Part shown: piece after piece, positions 1 through 12,229 of the stretch
Position numbering within the stretch: position 1 is the stretch's first letter
How the letters are laid out: every line of letters starts with the position of its first letter
DNA from: Vitrella brassicaformis CCMP3155
Taxonomy: Eukaryota; Protista; Chromerida
Direction of reading: 5' to 3'
NCBI GenBank assembly: GCA_001179505.1
Contig: CDMY01000265.1
Coordinates: forward strand, 1-64,000
DNA length: 64,000 bases
Notes under the pieces: model-generated
Told to the model about the DNA's origin: nothing
Seen by the model: the letters and a program-made list of their open reading frames with translations, nothing else
The model's database searches: none
Position numbers and translations under genes: made by a program

Positions 1-1393
1 CCAATTTGCCGTCCATCCATCCACGAGTGCGTGCGTGAGACAGACGTACGGAGATCGACTGCGGGTACTCGTTCTGGAGCTTGCGGAGGTACAAGTCGAC
101 ACACACGTTCTGGAGACACATGACACACAGCACACATCTCAATGCTGTGTGTCTCTGCAAAAGTGACTCACGTTGATGATGGATGCAGGGTTGGTGCGGA
201 TGGCGAACTCCATGGGGTCGGGGTCATTTGGATAGTCGAGCTGCCACTCGAAGAGGGCATCGGGGAAGTAGTTGACGCCCGAATACAGGGGGCCGGCGAC
301 TTGGGAGCCACCCACAGTCCTGATGGATGAACACACAAACATAGACACAGACACATATACAGGATCCCAGGATGGGTGTGTCGGGGTGTCACGTACAAGT
401 CCTTGAGGGTCAGGGGACACAGGGTCGGATCGTATTGCCCAGCACTGGCCATGTTCTGTATCTTGGTCAGCATGTCCTGACCACACACACACACACACAC
501 ATACACGGCTGGGATGTGTGTATCTCTTTGTGTGGGTGGGTGGCACTTGAGCAGCGATATCATCGGGTCCGCTCCTGTGACACACACACACACACACACG
601 AGAGGGTTTGTTTATGTGATGTAGGGCCAACTTCTTGCTCTTGTACTTGTACCTTGTTTTGGGCACGCCGAGCGGAGTTGTCGTGACGAGAGTGCCGACG
701 ATGAGGAGCACGGCCACCAGCAGCAGCACCACGATGACCACCAGCTGCATCAGCGACCGAGGAGGCGCGTACCTGCACATCCATGGCAACAACAGAGACA
801 TGGACACTTCCTGTGTGCTGTGTGGTGCTGTCTTGTCTGAGCGTGTGTGCACTGACGGCGTTGTGAGGCGCTGTCCGATGAGGTTGACGGCGTTCTTGAG
901 GCCCTCGCCGGTCGGCAAGTTGCTGAACCCAACTGATATCTGCCGCATGAGCTCTGTGTGTGCCATCCTGTAAAAAAGAGCCGGCTCGACTCCTGATTTC
1001 CAACTCAACGCCACCAGATTGTCTGAGTGAGTGAGAGAGACACACGCAGAGAGAGAGAGAGAGTCTGGTGGATGCGTCGATGTGTGGGTGGTTCTCGTGC
1101 ATGCGACCTTTCTTGGCATAGACCTACATGCACATTAATTAGCACAGATGAAGCTGTTTATCAGCTGCTTTTGCGTGAGTCTTCTTACGAGTATGGCTCC
1201 ATCGTGGCACTCTTTGTGTCCGAGTCCCCATCGGCTGAGCAGCGCCGACGCCAAGTCGTCCACATCCACACCTGACGGCAACTCGCTGCATGGCACGCAC
1301 ACAGAGACGCACAAGACGTGGCCAGAGAGAGACGTGAGCAAGCGAATGAAGAAAGGCTGACTTGATGAGTGCGACGCCCAGGTGGTAGTTTGC
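1..1393 (-). pseudogene. 5'-truncated duplicate of the TPM/MOLO-1-like membrane protein gene (3' end lies beyond the window edge); may still be expressed
   Basis: Bases 1-1393 align by eye with 10590-11973. Exons (ELPSGVDVDDLASALLSRWGLGHKECHDGAIL, DNLVALSWKSGVEPAL, TM segment LMQLVVIVVLLLVAVLLIVG) and splice sites are retained. Similarity stops abruptly at ANYHLG (1393), so the signal-peptide exon and the CDPDG part of exon 2 are absent. Confidence 0.6.
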
Positions 1394-1696
1394 GGTGCTG
1401 GTGTGTGTGGTGTGTGTGCACTCCACCGCACGGACAGTTGAACGTTCAATCAATGGTTCATGGTCGTGGTCAGTCGGCCGCACACACACACGCACAGAGC
1501 ACCGACGAGTGTCAGTCAGCATCCACACACACATCCATTCCTCTGAGCTGAGCAACCATCGCTCAGAACACATCAGCCGTCGTGTACGTACGCGCTGGCT
1601 GCTGCAGCCACGCACTCAGCCGGTCAGCCATAGATATCTCTATCACGCCAGACAGACAGCAGAGATGCCATCCACACATGCATGCTCGTCAGTCGG

Positions 1697-4600
1697 TCAG
1701 TCGTCGTCGTCATCGTCGTTTTGGAGGGCGGCGAAGGGGTTGTTGGCGGAGACGCCGCTGCTGCCCTTGGAGCCCTTCTTGCCAGGGGCACCCTCCTTCC
1801 TGTCGGCCTGCTGGCGAGACGCTGCACACAAACACACGCACAGAGGAAGAGATAGATGGGGTCATCCATCCATCCAGCCATCCCTCTCTCTCTCTCTCTC
1901 TCTGGTCAGCGTACCGGTTGTGACGTGTTCGTTGCCCTTCCCATCGATGGAGATGGACCCGACCGTCGGCAGGGTGTTCTGACTCGACAGCTCGTCGTGA
2001 CGACGCACAATGCCCTCCTTACCACCGCCACTACCACCACCCTCCCCTCCAGCACCACCGGCAGCCGGGCTGTTCTCCTCCCTGCCACCGTGGCCGTCCA
2101 CCTGCGGCTCTGGCGAGTCGGCCGTCACGGGGGACGATGTGGGCGAGGGGCTGCCCTGCTTGGGGCGATAACCGAGGTCACCTGAGCGAGTGTGATGCAC
2201 ACCAGACAGCAAGCAATGCGGTTCTGGTGTTTTGGTTGTCATCTGGTTTGTGTATTTCTGACCTCGGCCGCGCCCCCCTCTCCCTCCTCTGCCAATGGGC
2301 GTCCTCTGCGACGACTGGTGGGACGTATTGAAGGCCCCGCTGGCCTGCCCTCGGCCTCTCGTGGTGCTGCTGGTGGTGGTGGTGGTGTTATAATGAATTG
2401 GGGCTGCTGGGGGAGCGGGCGAAGGGGAAGTGGCCGACTCGCCTGCATAGAGACGCGAGAGAAATGTTCATTGATTCATTGCGCGTGGGGGGTCGGGGGC
2501 TACCTTTGACGACAGCAGCGTATGATGGTCTCGGGCCACCACTGCTGAGTTGAGGGGGTGTCACGGGCGATGCTGCACATGGACCCACACACAGAGAGAG
2601 GTGCTGTGGCCTGGCGGGTGATTAATGCGTCCACGTGTCTATGTCGCACACCCACCTTCAGCCTGAGGAGTCTCTGCTATCTTGCCGTGGTCCGTCGGCG
2701 ACAGGTGAAGGCCTGACCGCCCAGCCGTGTCCGAACCTGACACACACGATGACACACAAGGCGGACACCGGACACACACGCGTGTTGTCACTTCTGTGGG
2801 CCGTGATGGACCTCTCTCTCACACAGACTGACCGTCGACAGGCGGGGGCGGGTGTGAGCGGGGCACCACCCCCTGTGGCGTTATGAGTGAGCCGGGCGGC
2901 AGGGTCTTGCCATGATGCTGCTGGTGCTGGTGCTCTCGGTCCTTCCACCTGTTCCACCTGTTGCCCCCGCCCCCTGAGGGCTTGCTGACTGCTGTGGCCG
3001 ACGCGGCCGGCGGGGTGGGCTGGCCAGGAGGGTGGTCGTGGTGGTCGTCGTCACCCTCCTTGTGGGTGTGGGTGTGGGTGTGGGTGTGCTTGGGTTTGCC
3101 TTGTGACCTGAGCAGTAGACAGCAGACACCAGACACACACAGCAGCACAGTGAGAGTGTGTGTCGGGGGTGGGGGATGGGGGGTGGAGAGGGAGGCGTAC
3201 GTTTGCCCATGTGTGTGTGCCGCCGACGCAGATGCAGATGCAGATGCAGACCCAGACGCCGACGCGGGCGTGAGCGGGTCGTCCTTGGCCCTCTCCTCCT
3301 GAAGCCAATGAGTGAATGGATGGATGGTGGGGTGGTGGGGGGTGGAGGGAGGGAGATTGCTTGAGTGACCGACCGACCTACCTGTTTCCGCTGCAGTATC
3401 TCCTTCTCATCTCGAGGCTTCCCGGTGCCGAATATCGACGCTGTGCGGCCCCTAATACACACACAGACACACAGAGAGACAGTTAGAGAGAGACTCAGAT
3501 GAGCGAGGATACACACCACCAGGAATGACAAGTCGAGCAAGTGGAGCGAGCACTAAAGAAGAAGTGACTCACTGTCTAGGGAGCGATGCGGGTGTGTCGA
3601 TCTGCCCCTTGGGCTTGTCGAGGTGGAGGTGCTGCACCGGGTGGAAGGGCTTGTCTTCTCCGTGTGCCGACGACTTGGGGCTGACGCTGCTCGCTGGGGT
3701 CATGTCGCCTGCAACCCATCCAGGTGTGGAGCCATGTGTGGATGGATGGATGGATGGCTTTATCTGTCTTGTCTGGTGCTGCTTTGGTCTTCATCTCACC
3801 TCTGTCTCTGTCTCGATTTCTGTCGCCGAATCGGTAAGACGGCCGCCGGTCCCTGCCCCTGTAGCCACTGTTTCGGGCTCTGTCCGAGCGCCCGAGGTTG
3901 GAGAACCTGTCGTGGCCCCCATCGCCACCGCGAGTGGGGTGCGGGCGACGACCGCCCATGCTGTCGGCGTCATAGCCGCGGTCACGATACCCGCCAACTC
4001 CACCCCCACCACCTGCACACACACCAGATCATGTGACGCCTGGCCGTGTGAGTGTGTGTCGTCGTGTGAGTGTGTGAATGAATGCGTGTGTGTGTGTGTC
4101 ACTCCCTCGACTCACGTTTGTCGTCATACTCGTCGTATCCGTCCCTGCCCGGCGGACGAGAGGGCCGGTCACGCTGACACCCACCTCCGCCGCCATCGCC
4201 ACGCTCTCGCTCGCTATAGAGCTCGTCCTTCTCCTCCTCCTCTGCACCAAGCAAGCCACACGCACACACGAGGGAGTGACCAGGCTGTGTCCATCGATTC
4301 ACTCGCCCACAGACAGACATACCGTCACGCCTTTGCGGGGTTCCCCTCTCGCCGCGGTGCTGGTGGTGGTGCGGCAGGACGTCCTCGTTGCCGCTCACGT
4401 CCGCCCACGCCTTGCGGCCCTCTCCGTCGCCAGCCGAGACGACCCGTCGGTAGGGGGATGTGCCAGCCGCGCCGCATCGCTGCTTTAAATCTGCAATGAG
4501 GTCCTCCGGCACCACACAGCACTCGGCGTCCTCACCTGCACACACACACATGCGCAACGAGGGAGGGGTGCTTGTGGTGGTGGTGGCGGTGGAGTTGGTG

Positions 4601-7600
4601 CCCCTTGGTGTTTGCTACGCACTCACTTGCGCATGTGGGGATGAAGTCCTGTGCGATGATGTCCTTGAGCTTGGGCAGGTCCAGCATCAGGTCGTCCAGG
4701 TACTCGGCGAACTCACGCACACTGCGACCACCAACACACACACCCAACAGACAGACAGAAGCAGAGATGAAGGTCGGGAGGGCCACAGGTCAATCCACGC
4801 CCCCATAGAAGTCTATAAATGCATGTGGTATGTATCATGGTCAGTCACTGCCCTTCCACAACCAGGAGGACGGTGACTCCAGAATCCTTCCTTCCCGAAG
4901 ACAACAGCTCTCTCATCATCCCAACCCTCCCTCCATCCCTGTCTCCCTCCCTCCATCCCTTCTGCCCTGCCTGTCTGCCTGCCAAGAGAGTTCACTGACC
5001 CGTCTTGAATGGCGTCTGGTGTGAGTGGTGCCGGACTGCCGTCGGTCGATGGCTTGGCCAGGAGGATCAGCAGCGGGTAACACACGGCCCGCTGCGACTC
5101 GTTTTGCTCAGCTATCCAAGACATCAAATCGGACACCACACGCTGATTGATCGATCCACAACACACACATGACGGGAGCGAGGGAGAATGAGAGGGAGAG
5201 AGAGGGAGAGAGAGAGAGCCACATCACAAAACATGTATTATGGATTCTGCTGTGTGTGTGGGTGTGGGTGTGGGTGTGGTATGGGCGTAGGTACCGATGT
5301 ATGTCTGCCGGTATGGCCATATCAGCAAAGTTCTTCGTCACGTCCTCGAGGTCACTTGAAAAGGTCTGACGCACAGACAGACAGACAGACAGAGGGAGAG
5401 AGAGAGAGAAAGAGAGAAAGAGAGAGAGAAAGAGAAAGAGAGAGAGAGAGAGATAGGCCGACACGGATGAGGGAGGGAATTGCTTGGTGTATCTAGCTAT
5501 CCATCTTAACTCTCTGCAGCACTCACTGCTACCGTGCCTGTCTGTCTGTCTGTCTGTGCGTGCGTGCGTGCGTGTGTGTGTCTGTCTGTCGGGGCCCGTC
5601 CGTACATATTCCTTGATGTAATCCTTGGCCTTTGACCGCATCCGGTGAATCAACTCCTCCTGGCATGACGACCGACCAAACCACGCGCAAATCAACCAAC
5701 CAACAAAGCTTTGAAGGAATGAAGAATCCACCTCGCCACCTGCCTCGCCTTTTTCCCTTACCCGGCCCTCGTCAGCAAAGGCCGCTGACGCAGGCTGGGG
5801 GCTCGTCCCCTGATTTGCACCACCCCCTGCTGCTGGTGCTGCTGCAGCAGCTGCTGGTGACGTGGACCTCTCGTCAGCGGCCGTTGGCTGCGTGGGCGGG
5901 GCTGTGGGGGTGGTGGCATTGCCCGTGGCCCTCTCCTCCTTCTCGCGCTCGCGACGCTGCCGCCTCTCCCGCCGCTCCTCGTGGCGATCGCCCCGCAGGT
6001 CGCTGCCCTTGAGCACACGGCGGGACGTTATCACACTGCACGGACAGACACGGACACAAAGGCATCCAGTGGTTGCAGGTAGCGGGACACAAGTGCCGAG
6101 GCGCATGGACGCGGTGCGCGGGCCATACCTGGTTGGCTTCCCGGGGGTGCGGGATGGGACGCGAGAGGCCTCCTGGAGACGGGATGACTGACGAACACAA
6201 CAGAGGGACATAGAGGGACAGACCACCGTGACACTCATCGGCAAGAAGATGCGGTGTGTTGTGTTGTGTTGTGTTGTGTTGTGTCGTCTCGCCCACACTG
6301 GCAGAGGCAGCAGCAGCAACGGCGGGGGGCTTGGGGCCCGCGCTGGGGATCGGGAGCAGACCCTCGGATGGGGAAGCCAACCCACGCAACTCCTGCTTAC
6401 ACAGACACACGTACACACACAGATCATTGTGTGTCTTGGGGGCATGGGCAATCGCACCAGGTTAGTTCTGCTGAGTACGATGTCCTCTCCCTTCTCCTCG
6501 ACATGTTGTCTGTGGATGTCCCTCAGCTTGGAGGGTCCCCCCACCATGCCCGGCTTCACCATGCGGCGCCAACCATTGGCTCGCAGATCCAACACATCCT
6601 ACGACCAACCACCATAACCAACCAGCCACCATAGCCAAACATGCACACCGACATACAATCTCCTGTCTATGGCGCCTCTGTCTGTCTGTCTGCCTCAGTG
6701 CGTACGCACACGAACCTTCATGAGGCACCTGACGCGGATGCCAAGGTTTTCGTCGCGCGACTTCTCCTCTAGCTTGTGGAACCACTGCTGCAGCTCCGCT
6801 CGCCTATTCCACTGCAGCGGTGATGGATTGATCCACGGATGGAGTCCACACACACACACACACACACACATGCATGAAGGAGCAGATGGGCAGTAGATAT
6901 CTTGTGTAGGGGTGGCGGGTTGGGTGCTCACGTCTTTCGCCACGTCGTACACGGGCCCGATGGTCGTGAGGAAGGTGCACACGCACTCCTGCACACATAC
7001 ACACACCGAGGTATGGATGGATGGATGGATGGTGCTCTGTGTGTGCAGGGGCGTGTGCGTTGATATCTTACGAATTGTGCCTCTCCCTCTTTGCCTTGTT
7101 TCTCGCCGTAGTGCCAGAGCTGCTTGAGGCACTCAAACAGCAAGTTGGCGCTCATGATACGCTCGATCAGCAGCTGACCTGCACCACACACACACAGAGA
7201 GAGAGAGAGACTCTGAGAGAGGCGGGTGAGCTGTGTGTGTGCGTTTCTGTCTGCGTCTGGTGTGGCACGCACCCACGAATTTGATATTGCCGAGCATCTG
7301 GTTCTTGTACTTCAAATAAGCCTCCGTGTAGTCGTTACCTGCACCGACAAAATAACACATGGAGAGAGCCGAGGGCCGTTTATGGTGAGTGAATGGATGG
7401 AGCTCGGGACAGGTGGGCGTGGGAGGGTACCTGTGAGGCCGTTGAGATTGTCAGGCGGCTTCAGGTACTTCTCAAACGACTCCTGACACCGATTCAACAG
7501 CATCCTGGGACGGCACACGCGCACATAAACACGCATAACCGCGGAGAAGACACTTGCAAGAATGATGAGTGCACCTTCTGAACTCCTTGTCCTCTTCTGT

Positions 7601-9354
7601 GCCCTCCTGGTGTCCATCGGCCTTGTCTCCCCTCTCCATGATGGCCTTCAGATTGTCCTTCAGAAGCACACACAGCTCCACATACATCTGATCAATGACA
7701 CAGACAGACAGACAGACAGACAGACAGAGTGCGTGTGTTTGTGGGTGTGTGGGTGTGTGGGTGTGTGTGTACCTGGATGAAGTGGTGCTGCGTGGTGGCC
7801 TTGTCAAAGACCATCCCCACGAGCGCCTCAATCTGATCGACACAGACACGACATGCATCGGCACACACACACGGAACCTCCCTGCCTTCTCCTGACTCCC
7901 TCGCCGACTCACCTCAGAGTTTTGAGTGATTCCAGCGTCGAGTATCTGTTGGTAGAGCCGGTCGAACTTTTCGATCGTCAGCTTGTTGAGAATCCCTTTC
8001 AACTTACGCAACACCGCCTCAGACTCGTTCCTGCACAGACAGACAGACAGACGGAACGACGTCGTGTTACAGTGTGCTGTGTTGCATACTGTGTGTCATG
8101 TAAGCTTACTGTTCAACCTTGGTCTTCTTCATAGACGCGACCCATGAGTTCTCACCCACCACCACCTTATTGTCATCGCGGTCGCGGTCGCGGCCTGAAC
8201 AAAGGAGTGCAGGCAGGCGACAAGCGTGTGTTCTATCTAGCGGCTCTTTCTCTCCCCCCACTCCGCCCCCTCTGTGGTGGGTGCTGACCTCCCCTCCAGC
8301 CGCTGTCATCCTCACGACCACAGCGCCTGGCAGACGAGCATGGCGTCTGTAAGTCAAGTGGCTGCGGCACGTATGTTTACTTACCATTTGTCGCGGCTCC
8401 ACTTGTCCGCATCATCACGATCACGGTCGCGCTGACCAGCCAATCAATCACACACACAGACGCTACAGCCTCCGCCAGTGTCAGGTTGCCCATCCAATGA
8501 GTGCATCTGTGTGCTCACGTCGTCTCTCCGGCTGTCCCCGTCTGCCGCAGTGCTGTCCCGGACGTTTCTGAAGCCGACTCTCCTCTGGAAGGACCCGAAG
8601 CTGCCCGCAGCCGGGCGGCCCCCTGCTGAGCCGCCTGGCCGGAAGCTGCCCTTCCGGGAACCGCCCGCACGGTGGAACTCGCCGATCTCGGTGGCCGCGG
8701 CCGAGTGGTCTGCACATGGATGGATGGATGGATGGATGGGAAGCACTGGCTGTGATTGTGATTGTAATTGTGATAGCGCTTGTGTTGTGTGTACCCTTGA
8801 GCAGGTACAGGGGGATGTTGTGGTTGTCTGGGAGCCTCTGGCAGTGCTCCTGAGGCAGGCAGATCAGGACACACATACACAGATGTGATGTGCACACTGG
8901 TATCCAGTCAGTGTCTGGGTGAGATGTCGATCTGTCTAGATCTGTGTGCGTTTTTGTCTTGTCTATATCGGCCGGCACGGTGCGGAGACACTTACCTGGT
9001 CTTTGAAGGACTTGAGGAAGTCGACGGGGTAGAACCGGGGGATGCCCCCGGACTGCTCAGCCTCCTTCTGCTCCTCAGCAGGCGCCTCCGGCACTTCAGC
9101 AGCAGGGGCCTCCCATAGGCGGAGGGGGAGGGGAAGAGGGAGAGGCTCGGGCTGCAGCCTGCCTCTCCTCCCACCGTCGTTTGACGCGTGCTCTGATGTC
9201 CTCGAGGCGTGCTCTGATGTCCTCGAGGCTTTCAGGCGCCAGTGGGGCCATCATGGCGGCGGCGACCCAGGTAGCGGTGCCGCCGCCGATGATGGCCCAC
9301 ACGGTGCCGCCCCACACCGTCTCGAGCAGCATCGGTTGGGAGGGAGGGAGGAAG
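1697..9354 (-). CDS. EIF4G: Translation initiation factor eIF4G (eIF4E-binding-like motif, MIF4G, MA3) with a long eIF4B-like C-terminal extension; multi-exon, 5' end unresolved at the scaffold gap
   Basis: Spliced exons give MIF4G hallmarks LRKLKGILNKLTIEKFDRLYQQIL, RMLLNRCQESFE, KNQMLGNIKFVGQLL and RVRCLMK..LDLRANGW. MA3-like VREFAEYLDDLMLDLPKL follows. RFYPVDFLKSFKDQ lies at 8996-9037. Stop TGA at 1697-1699 follows NPFAALQNDDDDDD. Confidence 0.9.
9186..9227. repeat. Perfect 2 x 21-bp tandem duplication (GCGTGCTCTGATGTCCTCGAG)
   Basis: Seen directly: 9186-9206 equals 9207-9227. Confidence 0.95.
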
Positions 9355-9654
9355 NNNNNNNNNNNNNNNNNNNNNNNNNNNNNNNNNNNNNNNNNNNNNN
9401 NNNNNNNNNNNNNNNNNNNNNNNNNNNNNNNNNNNNNNNNNNNNNNNNNNNNNNNNNNNNNNNNNNNNNNNNNNNNNNNNNNNNNNNNNNNNNNNNNNNN
9501 NNNNNNNNNNNNNNNNNNNNNNNNNNNNNNNNNNNNNNNNNNNNNNNNNNNNNNNNNNNNNNNNNNNNNNNNNNNNNNNNNNNNNNNNNNNNNNNNNNNN
9601 NNNNNNNNNNNNNNNNNNNNNNNNNNNNNNNNNNNNNNNNNNNNNNNNNNNNNN
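9355..9654. other. Scaffold gap of 300 N flanked on both sides by (GGGA)n
   Basis: Run of N; GGGAGGGAGG-type sequence on both flanks. Confidence 0.99.
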
Positions 9655-10435
9655 GAGGGAGGGAGGGCGGGAGGGAGGAAGTGCGGGACGCAGCAGCAGC
9701 TAGATGAGTCGATGGGGAGGCGAACAAACACTCAGAAGCCTCAAAGGAACAGAGGGGAGAGCGCGCCCCCGGGAGACGGGGCCGCAGTGCCACGCAGTTT
9801 GTCGTGACTTCCTTCGCTATTTTTTGTTCTTTCGTTGCTTTTCCCACACAACCGTTCCTGGACCACCGAATCGTTCTCGCCCCGTTCAAGGATGCGATTC
9901 GAAGGATGCATCGCCCTCTTCATCTTTGGCTGGGATGTCACGTAGGCCACATGCACTTCACATATACATGTACATGCGTCCCCTCGCCGCTGTATGTGTG
10001 TCTCTCCCCGTCCGTCTCTGTTGTTTCTGCACAGCCCATTCCCCATCACCGTTCACGGTCTGCAAAGGGACCATGACAGAGGAGGGGAGATACTCGGCCC
10101 AGCACTGGCCAAATGCGCCACAGCGGCGCTTCGCCTGTGATCATCTCCTCTGTGTGTGTGTGTGTACGCGTGTGTTCAGAGAGCAATCCATAGGCTGATC
10201 CGAGGACAATTCAAATAGCGAGGGTTTGAATTGTGGAGATCATTTCGATTGTGTCCCTTTCATGCGTGGATGGATGCAGTCAGTCAGTCAGTCGGCTGAA
10301 TCGGTCAGTCACAGACTCTCAGACATGATGGTGTGACATTGGTGTCTCTCTCTCTCTCTCTGTCCGATGCACACTCGTCGATGGATCGACGATGATGAGA
10401 TGGACACGTGATCAGGCGTCTGCAGTGCACACAGG

Positions 10436-12192
10436 TCATGACCAGGAAGAAAGACTCGTTGAATGTGTCTCGTGCGCTGACTGACCGAGCTCTTGCGGTC
10501 TGATGGTCCAGTTGGCGGTCAGGCCGACAGCCAGCCAGCCTCTGACGTCCTCATCCTGACAACACACACACATACCAACCAACCGACGGCCAATTTGCCG
10601 TCCATCCATCCACGAGTGCGTGCGTGAGACAGACGTACGGAGATCGACTGCGGGTACTCGTTCTGGAGCTTGCGGAGGTACAAGTCGACACACACGTTCT
10701 GGAGACACACAGCACACATCTCAATGCTGTGTGTCTCTGCAAAAGTGACTCACGTTGATGACGGATGCAGGGTTGGTGCGGATGGCGAACTCCATGGGGT
10801 CTGGGTCATTTGGATAGTCGAGCTGCCACTCGAAGAGGGCATCGGGGAAGTAGTTGACGCCCGGGAAGAGGGGGCCGGCGACTTGGGAGCCACCCACAGT
10901 CCTGATGGATGAACGGATGGATTACATGACGCATACACAGAGGATGGGTGTGTCGGCGTGTCACGTACAAGTCCTTGAGGGTCAGGGGACACAGGGTCGG
11001 ATCGTATTGCCCAGCCCTGGCCATGTTCTGTATCTTGGTCAGCATGTCCTGACCACACACACACACACACACACACACACGGCTGGGATGTGTGTATCTC
11101 TTTGTGTGGGTGGGTGGCACTTGAGCAGCGATATCATCAGGTTCGCTCCTGTGACACACACACACACACACGAGAGGGTTTGTTTGTGTGATGTAGGGCC
11201 AACTTCTTGCTCTTGTACTTGTACCTTGTTTTGGGCACGCCGAGCGGAGTTGTCGTGACGAGAGTGCCGACGATGAGGAGCACGGCCACCAGCAGCAGCA
11301 CCACGATGACCACCAGCTGCATCAGCGACCGAGGAGGCGCGTACCTGCACATCCATGGCAACAACAGAGACATGGACATTTCCTGTGTGCTGTGCTGTCT
11401 TGTCTGTCTGAGCGTGTGTACTGACGGCGTTGTGAGGCGCTGTCCGATGAGGTTGACGGCGTTCTTGAGGCCCTCGCCGGTCGGCAAGTTGCTGAACCCA
11501 ACTGATATCTGCCGCATGAGCTCTGTGTGTGCCATCCCGTAATGCAGAGCCGGTTCGACGCCCGACCTCCACTTCAGCGCCACCAGATTGTCTGAGTGAG
11601 TGAGAGAGACACACGCAGAGAGAGAGAGAGAGAGAGTCTGGTGGATGCGTCGATGTGTGGGTGGTTCTTGTGCATGCGACCTTTCTTGGCGTAGACCTAC
11701 ATGTACATTCACATTAGCACAGATGAAGCTGTTTATCAGCTGCTTTTGCGTGAGTCTTCTTACGAGTATGGCTCCATCGTGGCACTCTTTGTGTCCGAGT
11801 CCCCATCGGCTGAGCAGCGCCGACGCCAAGTCGTCCACATCAACACCTGACGGCAACTCGCTGCATGACACGCACACAGAGACGCACATGATCGATGTGG
11901 CCAGAAAGAGACGTTAGCAAAAGAATGCAGGGAGAGCTGACTTGATGAGTGCGACGCCGAGGTGGTAGTTTGCTTGGCCGTACTTGCCGCATTTGTGTCT
12001 GCTGTCCTGCCGGATGAAGAGCAGCATGTCCTCTACCTCGTCGGCCTCTCGACGGCTGATGATGCCGTCAGGGTCGCACAGCCAGCTGTGTGGAATGTGG
12101 CGGCGATTGCTGCACACACACGCACAGAGAAAGAGACACGCACAAAGAGAGAGACACACGACGGTGAGTGAACGAATTTCACAAATGTTTCA

Positions 12193-12229
<37 letters not shown>

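Noticed and set aside
7561-7581. ATGATGA...CTGA resembling snoRNA C and D boxes
   Set aside because: Boxes are only a few nucleotides apart, antisense to the host gene and overlapping an exon boundary, with no terminal stem.
9042-9889. ORFs of about 210 aa spanning the N-run
   Set aside because: They stay open only because N codons contain no stops.
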